A stretch of 40,000 nucleotides of DNA from Caldicoprobacter oshimai DSM 21659 (lineage in GTDB: Bacteria; Bacillota; Clostridia; Caldicoprobacterales; Caldicoprobacteraceae). The notes beneath the pieces are model-generated. The model made no database searches. It had not been told where the DNA came from and worked only from the letters and a program-made list of their open reading frames with translations. Each line of letters starts with the position of its first letter. Position 1 is the stretch's first letter. The stretch lies in the NCBI GenBank assembly GCA_000526435.1, contig JAGB01000001.1, positions 924,502-964,501 of the forward strand, in the 5' to 3' direction. The position numbers and the translations under genes were made by a program. Positions 8,988-17,095 of this stretch are shown here, piece by piece.

Positions 8988-9571
8988 CTATCAGCACCCC
9001 CGTCCTTTAATACCCGGTTGTAGAACTCTACAGCAGAGTTCACACCCTGGGTCACGGCTTTAGAAGTTATAGTAGCGCCGGTTATGGCCTCCACCTGTGT
9101 ATCCTGTGTGGCGCCTCCCCTCACCACCGCCAACGGACTACCAGCCGACTTGCCGGTATACTGGCTCAAAAAATCAGGCTCAGCCGCTTTGGCCCCCAGC
9201 CCGGGAGTTTCGTTGTGGCTGATGATGCTCACGTTTTCAATTTTGTTCTCCTTAGCATCTATGCCCACAAACAGCTCCACATCGCCGCCGTAACCCTTGG
9301 ATATCACCTTAAATACATAGCCCACCGTGTCATCTCCCGACTTGCCCTGGTACACCTCAACAACGTTGGGATACTCATCTTTGTATTCCGATATGTCCAC
9401 CTGGACAAACTCCTGGGCATCGGGCAGCACGCCTTTTCTGGCCTCTACGCTAGCCTGTTCGTTCTGCAGCCTTATGGGCTCTTCGGTAATGGCATGGGTG
9501 ATGCCCAGTGCCAGAGCCGCCACCGCGGTTATTATGAACAACTTGATGGACATTCTCATACCTTCAGACAT
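8984..9571 (-). CDS. rnfG: Rnf complex subunit G (FMN-binding)
   Basis: 195 aa with an N-terminal TM anchor and an FMN-attachment-type motif (AITGATITSKAV). It overlaps both neighbours. Confidence 0.85.
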   Translation of the reverse strand: MSEGMRMSIKLFIITAVAALALGITHAITEEPIRLQNEQASVEARKGVLPDAQEFVQVDISEYKDEYPNVVEVYQGKSGDDTVGYVFKVISKGYGGDVELFVGIDAKENKIENVSIISHNETPGLGAKAAEPDFLSQYTGKSAGSPLAVVRGGATQDTQVEAITGATITSKAVTQGVNSAVEFYNRVLKDGGADR

Positions 9572-10541
9572 CTGCTCTCACCTCCCCGTAAATGCGGGGC
9601 ATTGTAAACCTGTCAATCAAAGGAGTGGCCACGTTCATCAGCAGTATGGAATAGGTGACCCCTTCGGGATAACCGCCGTACAGGCGAATGATAGACGTGA
9701 TTATTCCGCACCCAATACCCATTATTATCTGCCCTTTAGGCGTCACCGGTGAAGACGAATAGTCGGTAGCCATATAGAACGCTCCCAGGATAAGCCCGCC
9801 CGAAAATATGTGGTATATCGCATTTCCTGTAAAAAGCCCCTGTGGCCCCAAAATCCACGTGAGCAGCCCCACAGTGCCGATGAAGCTAAATGGGATCCTC
9901 CAGTTTATTACCCTTCTCCACAGCAGATAAACAGCACCCAGCAGCAGCGCCACATCCGATGTCTCGCCAAGGCAGCCTCTTGTATTGCCCAATATGATGG
10001 CCCACAGAGGAGGAAGCTGCGCCTCCGTCCCTTCCATCCCCTTAAGTATGGCAAGCGGTGTGGCCGAGCTGACGGCATCAGCCGCTGCCGCGCTCATAGC
10101 TCCGCGAATGGGGTCAGCCCAGGTAGTCATGTACACCGGCCACGCGGCCAGCAAGATGGCCCTGGCAGCCAAGGCCGGGTTCATGAAGTTGTGTCCTAGC
10201 CCACCAAAAGCCTGCTTGACCAGGGCAATGGCGATGGCCGAACCCACCGCAGGCAACCACAGCGGAACGGTAGGTGGCAGGTTAAAAGCCAGCATAAGCC
10301 CCGTCACCGCAGCGCTCCAGTCGTTGATGGTAACCGGCTTTTTCATAAGCTTTTGCACAACCGCTTCGGTTACCACAGCCGATAAAACGGATATAGCCAT
10401 TATCAAAGCCGCTCTTCCCCCGAAGAAGTACACAGCAACTGCCGCCGCCGGTAAAAGCGCCAGCACCACATCCCGCATGATGCGAGCTGTAGTATCCTCT
10501 GAATACACGTGGGGGGAAGAAGAAACTATCAAAGGCTCCAT
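9564..10541 (-). CDS. rnfD: Rnf complex subunit D
   Basis: 325-aa polytopic membrane protein of NqrB/RnfD type (SSPHV N-terminus, FYMATDYSSSP). It has its own GGGGGA RBS 7 nt upstream of the ATG at 10541. Confidence 0.9.
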   Translation of the reverse strand: MEPLIVSSSPHVYSEDTTARIMRDVVLALLPAAAVAVYFFGGRAALIMAISVLSAVVTEAVVQKLMKKPVTINDWSAAVTGLMLAFNLPPTVPLWLPAVGSAIAIALVKQAFGGLGHNFMNPALAARAILLAAWPVYMTTWADPIRGAMSAAAADAVSSATPLAILKGMEGTEAQLPPLWAIILGNTRGCLGETSDVALLLGAVYLLWRRVINWRIPFSFIGTVGLLTWILGPQGLFTGNAIYHIFSGGLILGAFYMATDYSSSPVTPKGQIIMGIGCGIITSIIRLYGGYPEGVTYSILLMNVATPLIDRFTMPRIYGEVRADV

Positions 10542-10719
10542 CGCAACATCCCCCTGTTCATCTAAACCGTATGGGTATAATGCCGGCTTAGAAGGTTGGG
10601 GTATTTGTAATCCGCCTTTATATCATGCTGCCCCGACCCCAACAGGCGGTATTTGGGACAGCCCTGCTCCTTAATCCAGCACAAATCAATTGCACCATAC
10701 CTCAATGGCATAACATTTA

Positions 10720-10803
10720 CACAACAGTTATACAACACTCACATAATACGGTATAACCCGGCACAACGTTGATACAACACTGGCACAAGGCTGTATAACA
10801 AAA
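10720..10803. repeat. Degenerate 42-bp tandem duplication carrying TAYAAC hexamers phased every 21 bp, inside the rnfC-rnfD spacer
   Basis: Unit A (10720-10761) and unit B (10762-10803) match at 29/42 positions in my hand alignment. TACAAC or TATAAC starts at 10731, 10752, 10773 and 10794, an exact 21-bp spacing. Confidence 0.7.
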
Positions 10804-10964
10804 CTGTAACAGTATAAAAGTATACATACATCGAAAATGCCTGCTGCAAGATTATGCCCCTTAACCTGGCGGTATCCGTTTTGCTACAGCAGCTCATTGG
10901 GCTGCTTAAATCACATATCAGCTGGCTGCACACCTTTGACCGCCAGACATCAAATACGCCGCTG

Positions 10965-12302
10965 TCATTTGGCACTGGCAGCGCGCCTTCTCCTTTCGGT
11001 GATCACGCGCTTTGCCGTGCGAATAGACTGCACAAGCGGGCGTCTGGCAGGGCATATATACGAGCAGCAGCCGCACTCTATGCAGTCCATGGCATGCAGC
11101 TTTTCGCTGCGTTCGTAATCCCCCTTCAGGGCATAAGCGCTGATAAATAGAGGTATAAGCCGCATAGGGCAGGCCTCTACACATTTGCCGCATCGTATGC
11201 AGGGACCCGGCTCGGGCATCTCCACCTCCTGCTTGGTAAGCACCAGAATACCCGAGGTACCCTTGATGACGGGCACATCCAAGGTGTACTGCGCAATCCC
11301 CATCATGGGCCCTCCCGATATCACCTTGGCCGGTTGGCCCAGCAGTCCGCCGCAGGCCTCGACGACGTCCTTGAAGGGCGTACCTATGCGCACCAACAGG
11401 TTCTTGGGCTGGGCCACCCCACCACCCGTCACCGTTACGATGCGCTCGATAAGCGGCATACCCGTATTTATTGCCCGGGCAATGGCAGCCGCCGTGCCCA
11501 CGTTGTTGACCACAACTCCCACGTCCATCGGCAGGCCTCCCGACGGCACCTGCCTGCCAGTCACGGCATATATGAGCTGCTTCTCGGCACCCTGGGGATA
11601 CTTGGTCTTAAGCTGCACCACCTCCACCCCGGGCACTGATTTGACGGCATCCGCAATGGCACGCACGGCTTCCGGCTTGTTGTCCTCTATCGCGATGTAC
11701 CCTCTTTCAACCCCAAGCACTTTCATGATGGCCTTCAGCCCATCCACCACATCCCGTGGATTCTCCACCATTAAGCGGTGGTCGGCCGTCAGATAAGGCT
11801 CGCATTCGGCGCCGTTTAAGATTACGACGTCTATCTTCTTGTCCTTGGGTGGCGAAAGCTTGACATGGGTTGGGAATGCGGCACCACCCATACCCACGAT
11901 ACCGGCCTCAAGAATCAAATCTTTTAACTCCTCGGCGCTCAGCGACTCAATATCCTTTGGGACTATGGACTCATCAGGCTCATCCTTGCCGTCATTCTCA
12001 ATGACAACGGCAAGCCCCTGCCCCATGGCAGGATGAGGTACCTGCTTTATCTCTTTCACAACTCCCGAAACGCTGGCATGAACCGGCGCGCCCACAAAGC
12101 CCTTTGGCTGTCCAATCTTTTGCCCCAGTTTGACATGGTCACCGGGCTTTACCAGCGGTTCACAGGGAGCACCTATGTGCTGCTGCAAAGGTATATACAC
12201 CAGCTTTGGCGCTTGCATCCGTTCAACTGCTTTGTCTTGCGTGCTCTCTTTCCTGTGAAAAGGATGCACTCCTCCTTTAAATCCAAACACCTTCAACCCC
12301 AT
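10965..12302 (-). CDS. rnfC: Rnf complex subunit C (NADH-binding, 2x[4Fe-4S])
   Basis: It has GMGGAAFPTHVK and two Cys clusters (CIRCGKCVEACP, CIECGCCSYICP). I set the start at the ATG at 12302 (MGLKVFGF), which has a GAAGGTG RBS. The track start at 12311 is a GTG 3 codons upstream. Confidence 0.9.
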   Translation of the reverse strand: MGLKVFGFKGGVHPFHRKESTQDKAVERMQAPKLVYIPLQQHIGAPCEPLVKPGDHVKLGQKIGQPKGFVGAPVHASVSGVVKEIKQVPHPAMGQGLAVVIENDGKDEPDESIVPKDIESLSAEELKDLILEAGIVGMGGAAFPTHVKLSPPKDKKIDVVILNGAECEPYLTADHRLMVENPRDVVDGLKAIMKVLGVERGYIAIEDNKPEAVRAIADAVKSVPGVEVVQLKTKYPQGAEKQLIYAVTGRQVPSGGLPMDVGVVVNNVGTAAAIARAINTGMPLIERIVTVTGGGVAQPKNLLVRIGTPFKDVVEACGGLLGQPAKVISGGPMMGIAQYTLDVPVIKGTSGILVLTKQEVEMPEPGPCIRCGKCVEACPMRLIPLFISAYALKGDYERSEKLHAMDCIECGCCSYICPARRPLVQSIRTAKRVITERRRRAASAK

Positions 12303-12680
12303 TTCACACACCTTCTTTGCCTTAAATCTTTATGATTTATCTGATGGCGCCAACCGGCATGCAACTTAATCCGTCATAATGCAACATAATATGCATTCAT
12401 TCTTGAATATTATAACACAGATTTTATAAAAATGTTATACATCTTACAAGTTTATTTTTTAACAAATGGCTTGAAAACAGCATTTTAAACAGTTTCAGCT
12501 GTTATATAACTATTACACATTTTTATGAGTGTATTATACATATATCCCATAAAATTGAGGAAGCTTTGCTAATTTTTATAAAAATGCAAAACTTTTTCAC
12601 GGCGTTTACATGTTATAAATTTAGCAATCTCAGCAAAAACGTATATGTAATTTTTTACCAACAATCAGCCAGCCGGTATA

Positions 12681-13034
12681 TTACTTTTTCCCGCTTCGCG
12701 TGAACTCGTAGATGCCCATTACCAGCAAGAAAACCCCAAACAGCTTCTTTAAGATACCCGAAGAAGTGATAACAGCAAGCTTAGCTCCCAGAAATGCGCC
12801 TATGGCCCCTGCCAGAAAGAGATAGAGGGCCATCCTGTATTTGATGTATCCGTTTTTGACGTGAAGCCAGATTGCCAGAATTGCCGTAGGAAAAAATGCT
12901 GCAAGGTTGACCCCTTGGGCAGCGTGCTGGGACAGGCCGGCCAAAAAAACCAGGGCCGGAATGAGAATGCTACCCCCGCCAATGCCCATCCCACCAACAA
13001 TCCCGAAAGCCAGTCCTATAAAAAAAAGCAACAT
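12681..13034 (-). CDS. TauE/SafE (TSUP/DUF81) family transporter, half-size protein (C-terminal half equivalent)
   Basis: 117-aa hydrophobic protein with GMGIGGGSILIPAL. Its ATG immediately follows the TAG of the upstream half-size gene (TAGATG at 13032-13037). Confidence 0.7.
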   Translation of the reverse strand: MLLFFIGLAFGIVGGMGIGGGSILIPALVFLAGLSQHAAQGVNLAAFFPTAILAIWLHVKNGYIKYRMALYLFLAGAIGAFLGAKLAVITSSGILKKLFGVFLLVMGIYEFTRSGKK

Positions 13035-13400
13035 CTATGCGATCATCCTTATCGCGGCAATGATCATGAAAAGGCCAAAAACTTTGCGCAGCCAGTAAGG
13101 CGAGATTCGGTTCAGGATCCACGCCCCTACAAGGCCACCCAGAGCGCCGCCGGCGGCCACCTTCCATATTACATCCCATTCGAAAAAGCCGCTTTTGAAA
13201 TACACAAAAGAGCTTATGGCCGTCAAAGGCAGTATGACCGCCAGAGCGGTAGCGTGGGCATCGTGCTCCTTCATGCCCAAAAGGTGCACCATTGCAGGCA
13301 CCACAATGGTACCGCCTCCCGAGCCAAAAAAGCCGTTGCACAGCCCAGCCACAAATCCCGATATTCCAATTTTAATCCAGCGCTTCATCCTTCGCATCAC
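13035..13400 (-). CDS. TauE/SafE (TSUP/DUF81) family transporter, half-size protein (N-terminal half equivalent)
   Basis: 121-aa hydrophobic protein with the FFGSGGGTIVVPAM motif. Confidence 0.7.
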   Translation of the reverse strand: MMRRMKRWIKIGISGFVAGLCNGFFGSGGGTIVVPAMVHLLGMKEHDAHATALAVILPLTAISSFVYFKSGFFEWDVIWKVAAGGALGGLVGAWILNRISPYWLRKVFGLFMIIAAIRMIA

Positions 13401-13616
13401 CCGTAATTAATCTTGCCAAAGAGGAAGCCTTTTATGCCTGTTTTTCATCGTTGCCATTTGAAAGTAGTTATATAGGTCGTAACATTAAATTAGAGAAAAA
13501 GGCTATACTTAAGTTACCTGAAATGACCACACTAGCCAGATTTGATGGCCGGTCAAGTCCTGCAAACATACAGAGGTGTAACTCTCGTAAGTCAGCCAAA
13601 AAATAAAGAGCCGGCC

Positions 13617-14420
13617 TTATCGGCCAGCAGCTCTCATCACAGCAGCCTGATGATCAGGGTCCTGCCTGTTGTGTATATGGGTTTTGCTCTTGTAGAAGTG
13701 TATGCACACATGGCCCTGCATGCCGTTGTTGGGTATGGTATCATAGGCATGGGGCATTCCGTGCATGGAAGCAGCCACCCGCACGCCGCCGATCTCGACT
13801 ATGACAGGCCTGCGATCCCAACTCCAGCCGCCCCATATTTCCCTTATAGTCTGGACGTCCTTTGCCGTCACCGGCTCCGAGTCTGCATGGTTGGTCCCAC
13901 CGGTGCGCTTCATGTAGAACGACCTGCCGGTATACAGGTCTATCACTTTTGCCACTGCACCCCTGGGAAAGAGATACTGTCCCCTGGAGAACCACTCAAC
14001 CAGTACCCCCAGGGAGTTCCTGCCACCTCGAGAAGCCGGCAGATAAGAAGCCGCCTGGGATGGATAGGCGGTATAGCGCTTCGCACTAGGGCTGTACAGG
14101 ACTTTCCTGGTCTCGGGCCCTACCGTTCCATCCACTGCCAGCCCGTTTTGCTCCTGAAACAGCCGAACGGCATCGGCTGTAGCCGTCCCGTAATATCCCG
14201 TGATCTTGTAGTTGAAATACCCCAGGTCCCTGAGCCTCATCTGAAGGTCCACTACCTTCTGACCGGTACACTTTACCTTCAGCACCTCGTCATCGGTCGC
14301 TCCAGATGTAGCCCCCTCATCCATATCTCCATCAGCAGGCGTCCCTTCCCCTCTTGCCGGAACGCCCAACAGGAAGCACACAAATAACATCAACACAAGT
14401 ATGCTGACCGTTCTTTTCAC
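13617..14420 (-). CDS. Secreted peptidoglycan-binding-domain protein with an uncharacterised C-terminal domain
   Basis: Signal-peptide-like N-terminus (KRTVSILVLMLFVCFLLG) and a PG_binding_1-type repeat (VVDLQMRLRDLGY...GYYGTATADAVRLFQEQNGLAVDGTVGPET). I chose the GTG start at 14420, which has an AAGGTGA RBS. The track start is 14453, also a GTG. Confidence 0.65.
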   Translation of the reverse strand: MKRTVSILVLMLFVCFLLGVPARGEGTPADGDMDEGATSGATDDEVLKVKCTGQKVVDLQMRLRDLGYFNYKITGYYGTATADAVRLFQEQNGLAVDGTVGPETRKVLYSPSAKRYTAYPSQAASYLPASRGGRNSLGVLVEWFSRGQYLFPRGAVAKVIDLYTGRSFYMKRTGGTNHADSEPVTAKDVQTIREIWGGWSWDRRPVIVEIGGVRVAASMHGMPHAYDTIPNNGMQGHVCIHFYKSKTHIHNRQDPDHQAAVMRAAGR

Positions 14421-14547
14421 TTTTATCACCTTTTTTGAAATTGTACAACCCACCTACTATATTACCACAAATTATGGAAAATTGCATCAATTTTTTACAA
14501 AAATATTTCAAAAATATTTCCGATTTGTTAATTGGACTCAGCAAAAG

Positions 14548-15111
14548 CTAAAGGTCAGCACAGGCACAATGCAAGCAGCTGCTACACTCCAAATTCTTGG
14601 CCATGATCATTATATCCTCAGGCTTATCGTCCAGCATGATCTGATAGCGGGTCTTCCTCACCTCCGTATATCCCATACTCCTCCAGAATTCCAGTCCCGC
14701 TATATTGCTGGCCACTACACCGGTGTACAGCCACTTGATAAGCCACACGCTCCTGAAATACTCCTCCAGCATGGACACAACTGCATGTCCCACTCCCGCG
14801 TCTTGATAGGCCTCATCAATGAGGATGGAGCTTATCCAGGCCTCGTCCTTTAAGAGGTAGTGCACACGCCCTTTTACCACGCCCAGCATGATGCCATGCT
14901 GCTTTTCGACGACCTTGAAAAAGACCTCCCAGCGGCTGCAGCAGGCTTCGATGTACTTGTCCCTCACCTCCTCAAAGGTGATGGGCCGACTAAGTCCCGT
15001 GGCGTGCTTGTACCTTTCAACATCCCTGTACCACAGCCATATCTGAGGCAAATCCTCTTTGGTGACGGGCGCAATCAACAACCCATCACTTTCCAGACGG
15101 TGTTTAATCAT
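14548..15111 (-). CDS. GNAT family N-acetyltransferase
   Basis: 187 aa with an acetyl-CoA-binding-like segment (YQDAGVGHAVVSMLEEY). A GAGGGGA RBS precedes the ATG at 15111. Confidence 0.7.
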   Translation of the reverse strand: MIKHRLESDGLLIAPVTKEDLPQIWLWYRDVERYKHATGLSRPITFEEVRDKYIEACCSRWEVFFKVVEKQHGIMLGVVKGRVHYLLKDEAWISSILIDEAYQDAGVGHAVVSMLEEYFRSVWLIKWLYTGVVASNIAGLEFWRSMGYTEVRKTRYQIMLDDKPEDIMIMAKNLECSSCLHCACADL

Positions 15112-15222
15112 TTAAGCGCATCCCCTCTTGGATATGGTATACGCACCACAACATACTGTAGTCATCTATTATTTTTATTCTACAAATAGTGCACGAAATC
15201 CTTTTTTAGAAATTAAAAAATT

Positions 15223-16500
15223 TTAAAACCCAAACTCGGTATCGATCCACCTGTCAATTATCCTCTTCAAATTTGACCTTATGGTGTTTTCCTTGACGTC
15301 GGCTGCGGTGTACAAATCCTTCCTGATGCTGACCTCATCGCCCAAGGTCACCTTTACATATCCTACCTTGGTGCCGGCTTTCACCGGCGCCTTGAGGTAC
15401 TGCGGCAGTTTAACCTCGACCGATATCTCCTTTTCCTCTCCTTCCCTTACGGGCAAGAGTATCTCCTCCCTGCACACGGCTGCCACCTGGGCCTCATACC
15501 CATCCCTGACCGGAATGTGCCCCAAAACCTGCTTCTTCGAGACCACGGTATAGGGTTTAAAGTTTGCAAAGCCGTAGTCCAGCAAGGTGGCGCTGTCGTC
15601 AAACCATGGCTGGCAGTCCAGCACCACACACACCAGCTGCATGCCATCGCGCAGTGCGGCCGAGGCAAGGCACCTCCTGGAGACCTTGGTGTAGCCCGTC
15701 TTTATGCCGTTTGCACCTTCATAGCTCCACAGCAATGCATTTTTATTTTGGAGTACCCTATCGTAGCTTCGCCCCTCCCAGGGGATCTTCTTGTATTTTG
15801 TGGACACTATGGTGCGAAAAACGGGGTTTTGCATGGCATAGGCCGAGATCAATGCCAGGTCGTAGGCTGTGGTGTAGTGCATGTCATCATGCAGGCCATG
15901 CGGGTTGACGAAGTTGGTATTTCTGGCACCTATCTGAACCGCTTTCCTGTTCATAAGCCTCACGAAGTTTTCCACGCTGCCGCCTATGTGCTCGGCAATG
16001 GCAACAGCTGCGTCATTGCCCGAGCGAAGCATGAGCCCGTACAAAAGCTGCTCCAGGGTCAGCCGCTCCCCCTTTGCCAGGTAGATGGACGAGCCCTCCA
16101 CCCCCACCGCCTTAGGTGAGACCGTCACCACGTCCTCAAGATTGCCCATCTCTATGGCCAGTATGGCTGTCATGATTTTGGTGGTGCTGGCCATGGGCAG
16201 CTTCATATGCGGGTTTTTGGCATACAGCACCCTCTTGCTGGATACCTCCATCACCACAGCCGCCCTCGCAGCGGTGGAAGGCGGCATTGAAGGCACCGCA
16301 GAGGGGTTGCTCAATATCTCTGCGCTCAGACCAGCACTTTGAAGTACAGCATCTTCGAATTTGGAGGCCGCTTGGGAGGCCGTCAAACCGCTATAAGCGA
16401 CGTCGCCTGAATAAGCCCCTTGGACAGAATATACAGCACCCGAATAAAAAAACGCATACGCAAAAAGCAATATGCATGCTATGCTGCGCTTTATCACCAT
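15223..16500 (-). CDS. D-alanyl-D-alanine carboxypeptidase (serine peptidase S11, low-molecular-weight PBP)
   Basis: Signal peptide plus the SxxK (ASTTK), SxN (RSGND) and KTG (IKTGYT) motifs, with a C-terminal PBP5-like domain. GGAGGAAGG lies directly upstream of the ATG. Confidence 0.9.
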   Translation of the reverse strand: MVIKRSIACILLFAYAFFYSGAVYSVQGAYSGDVAYSGLTASQAASKFEDAVLQSAGLSAEILSNPSAVPSMPPSTAARAAVVMEVSSKRVLYAKNPHMKLPMASTTKIMTAILAIEMGNLEDVVTVSPKAVGVEGSSIYLAKGERLTLEQLLYGLMLRSGNDAAVAIAEHIGGSVENFVRLMNRKAVQIGARNTNFVNPHGLHDDMHYTTAYDLALISAYAMQNPVFRTIVSTKYKKIPWEGRSYDRVLQNKNALLWSYEGANGIKTGYTKVSRRCLASAALRDGMQLVCVVLDCQPWFDDSATLLDYGFANFKPYTVVSKKQVLGHIPVRDGYEAQVAAVCREEILLPVREGEEKEISVEVKLPQYLKAPVKAGTKVGYVKVTLGDEVSIRKDLYTAADVKENTIRSNLKRIIDRWIDTEFGF

Positions 16501-16587
16501 TCCTTCCTCCTGTGCACAGTATGAAATGTAATCAACACACCATCGACATAGGTTTATTATTTGACAGACCGTGAAAATAATTCACCA

Positions 16588-16628
16588 AAAAAGCTAAAGC
16601 CTCGCTGTATCATCAGCGAGGCTTTTTT
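16588..16628 (-). terminator. Bidirectional rho-independent terminator between tRNA-Leu and the carboxypeptidase gene
   Basis: The stem GCCTCGCTG / CAGCGAGGC (16599-16607 and 16614-16622) has a 6-nt loop. T-runs flank it on both strands (TTTTTT on plus, TTTAGCTTTTT on minus). Confidence 0.7.
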
Positions 16629-16631
16629 ACG

Positions 16632-16719
16632 TGGTGCGGAAGAAGGGACTCGAACCCTTACGCTCTTAACGAGCAGCAGCCCCTCAAACTACCGCGTCTG
16701 CCAGTTCCGCCACTTCCGC
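16632..16719 (-). tRNA. tRNA-Leu: tRNA-Leu, anticodon GAG, long variable arm, CCA encoded
   Basis: The minus strand reads GCGGAAGTGGCGGAACTGGCAGACGCGGTAGTTTGAGGGGCTGCTGCTCGTTAAGAGCGTAAGGGTTCGAGTCCCTTCTTCCGCACCA. It has a 7-bp acceptor stem, the anticodon stem GTAGT/GCTGC with loop TTGAGGG, a class II variable arm and a GGTTCGAGTCC T-loop. Confidence 0.9.
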
Positions 16720-16768
16720 ACGCTTACCCTCTATATTTTGTTGTAACCTCCGTCTCTTTGCAGGAAAT

Positions 16769-16797
16769 ATTATATCCGTTTCATATAAAATTGTCAA
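16769..16797 (-). promoter_or_regulatory. Consensus sigma-A promoter for tRNA-Leu
   Basis: The minus strand reads TTGACA, then 17 nt, then TATAAT (plus-strand tgtcaa at 16792-16797 and attata at 16769-16774). The -10 element ends about 50 nt upstream of the tRNA 5' end. Confidence 0.6.
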
Positions 16798-17095
16798 CTG
16801 GTAATTTGGCAAACCAATTCCCCAGGGGGACGTATTTCCCCTTTAAAAATTCTCTTCAATCCATTTATTTACATATAAGTTTTTCTGGATCATGCTCAAA
16901 TCCACCCATTTTTATTCAATCCCAACTATCTTGTATTTGTCCTTTTTTCTAATAAAATCCATAGTTCATCACCTTCCTTAATTTTACAATAAACACCCTC
17001 GTGTTAAAAGCAGTCATTAATTAATGATTTTGATTTTCAAATCAAATTCAAAGAGCAGCCTCACCAGTTTATACCTTCTTATATCGTATTTCTCC

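Noticed and set aside
10739-10975. A 78-aa minus-strand ORF inside the rnfC-rnfD spacer.
   Set aside because: It overlaps the rnfC 3' end and has no RBS. It is Cys- and Leu-rich and runs through the tandem repeat, so it is more likely non-coding.
12448-12465. A possible Rex operator (consensus TTGTTAA-N4-TTAACAA) upstream of rnfC: AAGTTTATTTTTTAACAA.
   Set aside because: Only the right half-site (TTAACAA) matches. The left half matches 4/7 positions, which is too weak in AT-rich DNA.
16632-16719. A search for a direct repeat of the tRNA-Leu 3' half elsewhere in the window, as an att site for an integrated island.
   Set aside because: I could find no second copy by eye, there is no integrase in the window, and the island lies on the tRNA 5' side. 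A computed self-BLAST would settle this.
16561-16746. A 61-aa plus-strand ORF spanning the terminator and the tRNA.
   Set aside because: It is fully explained by the antisense of tRNA-Leu and the terminator hairpin.
16800-17095. Short minus-strand peptide frames (for example MDFIRKKDKYKIVGIE) in the AT-rich gap between the radical SAM gene and the tRNA promoter, considered as gene remnants.
   Set aside because: The frames are only 13-16 codons long and recall no family. That is not enough to call a pseudogene.
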